Below, piece by piece: positions 26,908-32,000 of a DNA stretch of 32,000 bases. The notes under the pieces are model-generated. The model did not search any database, had not been told where the DNA came from, and saw only the letters and a program-made list of their open reading frames with translations. The position numbers and the translations under genes are program-made. The stretch is from Nonlabens ponticola (GTDB taxonomy: Bacteria; Bacteroidota; Bacteroidia; Flavobacteriales; Flavobacteriaceae), in contig NZ_CP034549.1 in the NCBI RefSeq assembly GCF_003966335.1, forward strand, positions 1,740,001 to 1,772,000, given 5' to 3'. Position 1 is the stretch's first letter. The number at the start of each line of letters is the position of its first letter.

Positions 26908-27534
26908 TTAACTTGTTGTATAATAGTTTATTAATAACTTGTCATCATTCCGCCATTCTAGCCAACCTTTTATTTTCCGTCCATTTTCACAATGTTCGCC
27001 TGTCTCAACTTCAATCCAATCATTCTGCATTCGTATTACGGTGAAACAGTCCTCTTTAGAACCCAATTTTACTATTTCTGAATTCGTAAATGGTTTTGAA
27101 TAAATATTCTGTGTGTTTTTATCAACTCTTTCAATGCTAAACATATTTTGAAGATATTCTTCCCACGTGTGAAATTCAATGTAATCTGTATTCTTTATCC
27201 ACATGGTTTTAGTGTCTGAAACATAAATTTCAAAACAGTCAGTTTCATTCGTTTTAGTCCTGAACGAGAATTGGTGATAATCTAACCATAACGATTCTGG
27301 CTGCAGCCATTGTTGTTGATTCTCCAAGTCTTTAATATTCCAACTATTGATAGACTCGTCTTTGAAGAACTCAATAGTTTTCACTTTTTTATTTAAATCT
27401 GAACCCTCGTAAAAGTCTATTAACGTGTTGTTGTTGTTGTTGAAATTTATTGAGACAATTCCGATTCCTAACTCACTTTGGGAAAGAGAAGTTAATGATA
27501 CTAAATTTAAAACTAATAATATTATTATTCTCAT
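26908..27534 (-). CDS. Cassette ORF: secreted protein of unknown function (possible SH3b-like C-terminus)
   Basis: ATG at 27534 gives MRIIILLVLNLVSLTSLSQ. The C-terminal CFTVIRMQNDWIEVET...IKGWLEW is SH3b-like by eye. The track start at 27555 is a GTG inside the attC. Confidence 0.55.
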   Translation of the reverse strand: MRIIILLVLNLVSLTSLSQSELGIGIVSINFNNNNNTLIDFYEGSDLNKKVKTIEFFKDESINSWNIKDLENQQQWLQPESLWLDYHQFSFRTKTNETDCFEIYVSDTKTMWIKNTDYIEFHTWEEYLQNMFSIERVDKNTQNIYSKPFTNSEIVKLGSKEDCFTVIRMQNDWIEVETGEHCENGRKIKGWLEWRNDDKLLINYYTTS

Positions 27535-27551
27535 TGGTTTTTTCGCATTAT

Positions 27552-27749
27552 GCACAACGGTCTTGTGTATGGCTTGTTGCGTGCAAATTAGCGATTAATT
27601 TTCGGTTGAGCCACAAGCCAGATTTTTAAATTTTACTATTTATCTTTTTTCTTGGAAATCGTCAAATTTAAAAATTTGGCGACTTTCCAAATATACCTTA
27701 ACTTTGGTTTAAGCAACTGATTAGCAATGAGCTATACACGTTGTTGGCA
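27552..27749 (-). repeat. attC-like site (long variant, 198 nt)
   Basis: gcacaac-ggtctt-gtgtatggcttgttgc ... gcaatgagctatacac-gtt-gttggca. The internal hairpin is ggaaatcgtcaaattt/aaatttggcgactttcc. Confidence 0.65.
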
Positions 27750-27757
27750 AACGTTTT

Positions 27758-28351
27758 TTAGTCAATTCCTAAATCATTTGTTATTGAGTGTTCCAATTTT
27801 ATTTCGCTAATTGGTATTCCCAAGTTTTTGTTTATTATTCCAATTACAATTCGCTCAACCACGTATTTGTCCGTTATTTTTTCAATATCAATCAGTTTTT
27901 CTTGGTTCAAAGCGATTGTCCAGTCAACTAATTCGCGCAAAGTTCCGCTCGAAACAGGCGTGGTTCGTTTAATCGTTTTAATTCCAAAAATTTTGACGTG
28001 AGAACCTAATTCCGGATTAAAATCAAGTGCAACCAATTCAGGCAAATCAAGTCCGATTTCGGTTTTTAGTAGATGCCAATTTTCTTTCAATTCCGTTTGA
28101 GTGAGCAATTCCGATATTTTGGTTTCGGGTTTGATTTCTTTTTCGGTCAAATTTAAGTTCCGAAATGCTTTTCTAATTCGATAAAAGACAATTTGGGTTA
28201 AGCATTTTTCATTCGGATTGGTGATTATTTTACTGTAAACACAATCCACAAAATTTTGAACGGTATAAATCTTTTCCGCTTCGGAATCCTCAATTCGTAT
28301 TCCAAATTTGTCTTCAACTGACATCAATAATTCAACGGAATCTAATCCCAT
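27758..28351 (-). CDS. Cassette ORF: acyl-carrier-protein-like (PP-binding-like) repeats in a shifted phase
   Basis: The N-terminus [38 protein letters not shown] aligns by eye to E. coli ACP [41 protein letters not shown]. The C-terminus [32 protein letters not shown] aligns to ACP helix I plus the DLGAD motif. Start is ATG at 28351, or TTG at 28357. Confidence 0.55.
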   Translation of the reverse strand: MGLDSVELLMSVEDKFGIRIEDSEAEKIYTVQNFVDCVYSKIITNPNEKCLTQIVFYRIRKAFRNLNLTEKEIKPETKISELLTQTELKENWHLLKTEIGLDLPELVALDFNPELGSHVKIFGIKTIKRTTPVSSGTLRELVDWTIALNQEKLIDIEKITDKYVVERIVIGIINKNLGIPISEIKLEHSITNDLGID

Positions 28352-28372
28352 TCTCAATTTGGTTTAAATGTT

Positions 28373-28504
28373 TGCCAACGGTTTCGGCTATGCGCAGTTG
28401 CGTACCTTATCCTTGTCTATCCAAATATACCCAAACCGTAGAAAATTTCGCAGAGATTTTCGTCTGAGCAAGAACCAAGCAATTGCGTATAGCCCTTGTT
28501 ACCA
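28373..28504 (-). repeat. attC-like site (132 nt)
   Basis: tgccaac-ggtttc-ggctatgcgcagttgc ... gcaattgcgtatagcc-ctt-gttacca. The central hairpin is gaaaatttcgcagagattttc. Confidence 0.7.
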
Positions 28505-28510
28505 CACGTT

Positions 28511-29155
28511 TTATTCGCGTTGAAATTTCTTTTCGACGCTCAACTTAGCTATCAAATCTTCTGCTTTCTTATTCAGCTTTACAATAGGTAGTTCTTGGTT
28601 GTATTCGTAATTTAAATTTGGTTTTGAGATGAACGAAGTGCTATCTATTGACGTTGTCAAGTCAAATTTATCAAAATCCGAGGTATAATTCTTATTCTCT
28701 GCTGTGAACCAATAATATCTTAAAGGCTGATGTGTAACAGTTGTGTATTCATTTTCGCCTATTTGATATTGTTTAACTTCCGAGATGATAATTTCTTGCT
28801 TGTTATCTAGATAGTATTCTAATGGCTCTGATTGCGAAAGTTTAATTGGTTCAAATTTTCCGCAGTTATCAAATTTCTGAATGAAGTTTGATTCATTTTT
28901 GTTCCAGAATGCAAAGAGCTGGTAATAGGTTCTCTTTGGCAGGCAAACTTTCTTTTTCGAATATCCTTTTTTTATGAATGTTATAGTCCCGTATTGAATG
29001 TATTGTACAATGAAATAGTCTTTGACGCCCATTTCCTTCATCGATGATTGAATTTGAGAAATATGCTCCATAGCATCTAAGTCGGTGTTATTAATGTTAG
29101 AAGTTTTACAGCTAACAAGTAATAAGATTAATACTGTAGTGATTAAATGTCTCAA
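28511..29155 (-). CDS. Cassette ORF: lipoprotein of unknown function
   Basis: The TTG start at 29155 is the only start codon after the upstream in-frame stop. The signal is (M)RHLITTVLILLLVSCKTS (lipobox). Confidence 0.55.
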   Translation of the reverse strand: MRHLITTVLILLLVSCKTSNINNTDLDAMEHISQIQSSMKEMGVKDYFIVQYIQYGTITFIKKGYSKKKVCLPKRTYYQLFAFWNKNESNFIQKFDNCGKFEPIKLSQSEPLEYYLDNKQEIIISEVKQYQIGENEYTTVTHQPLRYYWFTAENKNYTSDFDKFDLTTSIDSTSFISKPNLNYEYNQELPIVKLNKKAEDLIAKLSVEKKFQRE

Positions 29156-29167
29156 TGTCCAAATGTG

Positions 29168-29299
29168 TGGTAACGGTCTTGTATAAGAATAGTGCGGTTT
29201 TGTGTGCGAGGATTTTCCGAAGGAAAATCAGACGTAACAAAATTGCACTAACCTTTGATTAAGCACTAAACTACGCATTATTTTTATACGTTGTTGTGT
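29168..29299 (-). repeat. attC-like site (132 nt)
   Basis: tggtaac-ggtctt-gtataagaatagtgcg ... cgcattatttttatac-gtt-gttgtgt. The central hairpin is gattttccgaaggaaaatc. Confidence 0.7.
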
Positions 29300-29306
29300 G
29301 CAGTTT

Positions 29307-29765
29307 TTATTGTTTTAATCTTTCATTTTTTAATTCTTTCATATCATAAACATTAACTCCAAGAGCTCTAGCATAGTCAGATAGAGCGGAGTCTGATGTT
29401 ATGAGCATTTCGCAATCTTTGGCACATTCTAAAATCAGCGTATCTGCAAGTCCGAGGTCATAAAATGAATAATTGTTTTCAACCATTTTAGATTCAAGAT
29501 ACTTTTCGGAAGTTATTTTAATTGTTTCGATTATTCTTTTTACATATAATTCTTTTTGACTACCTGTGAACTTATTAAGTAAATTGTCAACTTCAGTCCA
29601 GATATTTGGAAGAACTACTATTGATTCTATTTTTTTAATTGCAGAAACTAAATTATGAAAATCTTCCTCTTCATAAATAGACGTTTTACTGTGCTTATTT
29701 ATTAAAGCAGGATTCATTAATCCTAATATTAAAACTAAAAGAGAGTTAGAATCTATTAAAATCAT
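29307..29765 (-). CDS. Cassette ORF: PIN-domain nuclease (VapC-like toxin candidate)
   Basis: The four acidic PIN positions appear in context: ILIDSN, WTEVDNL, GLADTLILE and LITSDSAL. It is 152 aa. Its ATG shares 1 nt with the upstream stop (TAATG). Confidence 0.65.
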   Translation of the reverse strand: MILIDSNSLLVLILGLMNPALINKHSKTSIYEEEDFHNLVSAIKKIESIVVLPNIWTEVDNLLNKFTGSQKELYVKRIIETIKITSEKYLESKMVENNYSFYDLGLADTLILECAKDCEMLITSDSALSDYARALGVNVYDMKELKNERLKQ

Positions 29766-30034
29766 TACTTTTCATAGATATAAAATCCAATAACATTTTT
29801 TTCATTGTCTATTTTTACTTTCTTATAAATTCTATGATATGTAAATCCAGATGTCAAAGCTCCTAGTGGAGACGTTGGTTTATTTGTGTTTTCGACTAAA
29901 TATGAAACAACAATTTCCCAAATTTTTTCCTCTTTTTGATATTCAGCTTGTTCTAATCTGAAATCTGAATTGTCAAGTGATGAAAGTCCTGACAATTCAG
30001 TTTTAGCTATTTGATATAATTCTTTTAAATTCAT
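29765..30034 (-). CDS. Cassette ORF: 89-aa partner of the PIN gene (antitoxin candidate of unrecognised type)
   Basis: It is translationally coupled upstream of the PIN gene within the same cassette. No RHH, AbrB or Phd-like motif is visible. The pattern W-EIVVSY...KKVKIDNEKNVIGFYIY is PepSY-like by eye. Confidence 0.5.
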   Translation of the reverse strand: MNLKELYQIAKTELSGLSSLDNSDFRLEQAEYQKEEKIWEIVVSYLVENTNKPTSPLGALTSGFTYHRIYKKVKIDNEKNVIGFYIYEK

Positions 30035-30058
30035 ATTGTCTTTGGTTTGTCAAATTGC

Positions 30059-30190
30059 ACACAACGGTCTCGGCTATGAGTAGTTGCGTGGGTTAGCCTT
30101 GTTTTCTCAAATGTACCCAACCCGTAGAAAATTTCGTAGAAATTTTTGGATGACCACAAACCGAGCAATTGTGTATAGCCCGTGTTGTAA
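30059..30190 (-). repeat. attC-like site (132 nt)
   Basis: acacaac-ggtctc-ggctatgagtagttgc ... gcaattgtgtatagcc-cgt-gttgtaa. The central hairpin is gaaaatttcgtagaaatttt. Confidence 0.7.
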
Positions 30191-30199
30191 AACGTTTAT

Positions 30200-30802
30200 T
30201 TAGTAGCAATGAAGCGTTCGATGTTCCTCTTCTTCGTGATAATTTATTTCGCCACTAATAGCGTCGATTAGTAGTATTTCATCCTTTGAATAACATTTCT
30301 CCTCGTAAAGCGTGTTGAAAACTTTCCATTCATATTTGTCAGTATGAATATTCCACTCCAATCTCATTGTTATAGGCGATACAGCTTTCTTTAATTTTAT
30401 TTTCGATACGATGTTTTCGACTTGTTTTTTGGTCAGAAAATTTGAGTTTTCATTTTTGAGCAAATATTCCGGTATTCGCTCATCAAAATACATATCAATA
30501 AATTTCAATGAGGTATCAAATTCCATATAAACTCCAAGATGTACATTTTCGAACGTGAAATTTGGATGGTTTAAATCATATAAAACTTCATATCTATCAA
30601 AAGGCGAAGAAATCACATCTAAGCTATCAGTTTTGGCTAGCCGAGACTCTTTATCTAAACTGAAGTATTCAATTAAATGTTTTCCGAAATGGGCATTTAA
30701 TACACTATCTGCTTTCACTAAAATTTGAGAGGCAGTATGATTTTGACCATTGCCATGGTAAGCCATTGAAACAAAAAAGAAAAATGTAATTAAAGGTTTC
30801 AA
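30200..30802 (-). CDS. Cassette ORF: secreted protein of unknown function (PepSY-like C-terminal pattern)
   Basis: TTG start at 30802, 11 nt from the attC edge, with no other start after the upstream stop. Hydrophobic N-terminus KPLITFFFFVSMAY. The C-terminal YEWKVFN...EILLIDAISGEI resembles PepSY. Confidence 0.5.
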   Translation of the reverse strand: MKPLITFFFFVSMAYHGNGQNHTASQILVKADSVLNAHFGKHLIEYFSLDKESRLAKTDSLDVISSPFDRYEVLYDLNHPNFTFENVHLGVYMEFDTSLKFIDMYFDERIPEYLLKNENSNFLTKKQVENIVSKIKLKKAVSPITMRLEWNIHTDKYEWKVFNTLYEEKCYSKDEILLIDAISGEINYHEEEEHRTLHCY

Positions 30803-30813
30803 TTCTAAATGTT

Positions 30814-30944
30814 TTACAACGGTCTCAGCTATGAGTAGTTGCGTGGTTTAGCACTTAACTTTGCAAGTACACACCTAACTGAAAATCCGCGAGGATTTTC
30901 AGAAGTAGGCGAGAACCAGCAATTACTTATAGCCATTGTTGTAC
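30814..30944 (-). repeat. attC-like site (131 nt)
   Basis: ttacaac-ggtctc-agctatgagtagttgc ... gcaattacttatagcc-att-gttgtac. The central hairpin is ctgaaaatcc-gcg-aggattttcag. It is nearly identical to the site at 31753-31883. Confidence 0.75.
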
Positions 30945-30951
30945 ACAGTAT

Positions 30952-31734
30952 TTATTTACTTAATTCTATTTGAAATTTTGTCGCATTAAATGCTGCTTGC
31001 AAACCTCTTAAATTTGTTTCAGATTTATTTTGTTCAAATAATTCAGCCAAGTATTCAGCTTGTTTGGTCACATTATCATTCTCCTTTTTAAATATTTGAT
31101 ATTTTAAAAGAATCAAATTCGCCATGATTTTATCTGAAATAGTTATATCACCTTGGTTTAGGTATTCCTTTATTGTACTTCCTATCTCGGAATCGTTTTC
31201 AGATAGTTCATCGAATAAGTAAGCATTAGCCAAGTCAGATTTATTCATAGTTGAGTAATCGTTTTGGTCAGACATATCTTTTCGGTAAGTCATTTTGTTG
31301 CCATTTAGAAAATACCATCTGGTGTAAGAATCATTTTCCATTTTGATTTCTTTTTCAAAAGCTTTTTTCTTTACAGTCCAATTTGTGAAAGCAATCAAAA
31401 GTTCAGTTCCGTCATCTTTCTTTAATATGGTAAATCGAATCAAGTAATTTCTTTTCCCTGGTTTTTCAATTTCGATGTCTAATTTATTTTCTACAGAAAC
31501 ATATTTTTTCAATGCTTTTAGAACTGATGAAACATCTTCAGGACTTGCTTCAGGAAATAAGTTTTCTCTTAAAAACAAATCAATGTATAAGTAATGAGTT
31601 AAATAAAAATCATCCATTTTCAGATAATTCGCCTCTGTCAAATGTTCGGTTTTGATATTGATTTTGTCTGATTGAGAATATCCAAAATTTGTGAATATTG
31701 CTAAAAGTAAAAGTGTGATTATTTTTCTGTTCAT
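30952..31734 (-). CDS. Cassette ORF: secreted protein of unknown function
   Basis: ATG start and signal peptide MNRKIITLLLLAIFTNFGYSQ. It is 260 aa with no recognised motif. Confidence 0.55.
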   Translation of the reverse strand: MNRKIITLLLLAIFTNFGYSQSDKINIKTEHLTEANYLKMDDFYLTHYLYIDLFLRENLFPEASPEDVSSVLKALKKYVSVENKLDIEIEKPGKRNYLIRFTILKKDDGTELLIAFTNWTVKKKAFEKEIKMENDSYTRWYFLNGNKMTYRKDMSDQNDYSTMNKSDLANAYLFDELSENDSEIGSTIKEYLNQGDITISDKIMANLILLKYQIFKKENDNVTKQAEYLAELFEQNKSETNLRGLQAAFNATKFQIELSK

Positions 31735-31752
31735 TCTGTTGGGTTATATTGT

Positions 31753-31883
31753 GTACAACGGTCTCGGCTATGAGTAGTTGCGTGGTTTAGTACTTAACTT
31801 TGCAAGTACACACCAAGTTGGAAATTCCGCAGGAATTTCAAAAGTAGGCGAGTAGAAGCAATTACTTATAGCCATTGTTGTAT
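31753..31883 (-). repeat. attC-like site (131 nt)
   Basis: gtacaac-ggtctc-ggctatgagtagttgc ... gcaattacttatagcc-att-gttgtat. The central hairpin is ggaaattcc-gc-aggaatttc. Confidence 0.75.
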
Positions 31884-31891
31884 GCTGGCTT

Positions 31892-32000
31892 TTAAAGTCT
31901 CATCATTACCTCCGTTAATTTATTTTTTCTAATTTTCCATTGAAATTCTCTTAACTCCTCTATTTCAATGTTGCCATCTTTCGCTTTTAAAGTTTCAATG
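31892..32000 (-). CDS. Cassette ORF, 3' end only (the gene continues beyond the right edge)
   Basis: This is the only minus-strand frame open from 32000 down to the TAA at 31894-31892. My own translation ends ...IETLKAKDGNIEIEELREFQWKIRKNKLTEVMMRL*. The stop lies 8 nt from the attC edge, as in the other cassettes. Confidence 0.45.
   Translation of the reverse strand, partial: IETLKAKDGNIEIEELREFQWKIRKNKLTEVMMRL

Larger units (their letters stand above)
26827..32000 (-). mobile_element. Integron-type gene-cassette array (seven attC-like sites, seven cassette units); it continues past the right edge, and no intI or attI lies in the window
   Basis: ~131-nt imperfect palindromes bounded by AAC...GTT alternate with tightly packed co-oriented ORFs. 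The stop-to-repeat gap is 6-9 nt and the repeat-to-start gap is 11-24 nt. Unit lengths are roughly 725-940 bp. The block is visibly AT-richer than the sequence to its left. Confidence 0.75.

Noticed and set aside
2940-27555. Longer N-terminal extensions offered by the ORF track (starts at 2940, 5509, 6057, 12113, 12633, 13136, 13444, 15651 and 27555)
   Set aside because: Several of these starts are TTG or GTG codons in the sequence (checked: 2940, 5509, 6057, 13444, 27555). In every case a downstream ATG gives a canonical N-terminus: a P-loop, a signal peptide or lipobox, or an HTH start. The extension at 27555 would run into an attC site.
26827-31883. Regularly spaced repeats that could be mistaken for a CRISPR array
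   Set aside because: The repeats are ~131 nt imperfect palindromes that differ from one another. The spacers are 600-800 bp and each contains a complete ORF. No cas genes are present. The AAC/GTT-bounded hairpin architecture fits attC sites, not CRISPR repeats.
26795-32000. Integrase, transposase or IS elements associated with the cassette block
   Set aside because: None of the ORFs in or next to the block shows tyrosine-recombinase (R..H..R..Y) or DDE motifs. The recombinase, if present, must lie outside the window.

Overview
The window looks like a Flavobacteriia-type (Bacteroidota) chromosome segment. Supporting this are a T9SS C-terminal sorting domain, DUF4252 proteins, TAnnTTTG-type -7 boxes and Bacteroidota-style ParE/ParC. 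Bases 1-26.8 kb carry ordinary core genes: an S41 peptidase fragment, an ECF sigma/anti-sigma/DUF4252 module, ychF, tRNA-Pro(GGG), parE, parC, mscL, an XRE-type regulator, an M14 peptidase, Lrp/AsnC, DinB, DJ-1/PfpI, dnaN, a T9SS-secreted S8 protease, an aldehyde dehydrogenase, a NUDIX hydrolase and a large zinc metalloprotease. From about 26.8 kb to the right edge the sequence is visibly AT-richer and changes character. It holds seven co-oriented minus-strand cassette units of roughly 725-940 bp (the rightmost truncated by the window edge). Each has one ORF, or in one case a two-gene PIN pair. The units are separated by imperfect palindromes, about 131 nt in five of six cases, bounded by ...AAC on the left and GTT... 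on the right. I read this as an integron-type gene-cassette array of attC-like sites. No integrase or attI lies inside the window; by orientation it would sit beyond base 32000. Covariation and strand-specific G:T pairing in the repeats support a folded single-strand structure on the + strand. Secondary observations are listed below.
- A dispersed GCTTTCGCGAAAGC palindrome family, partly fused to -7 promoter boxes.
- An operator-like TTTACAAWTGTAA cluster next to the XRE regulator.
- Heptamer tandem arrays flanking a small ORF between parE and parC.
- A cassette protein that looks like phase-shifted acyl-carrier-protein repeats.
All calls come from reading the sequence and the ORF track by eye; no searches were run.
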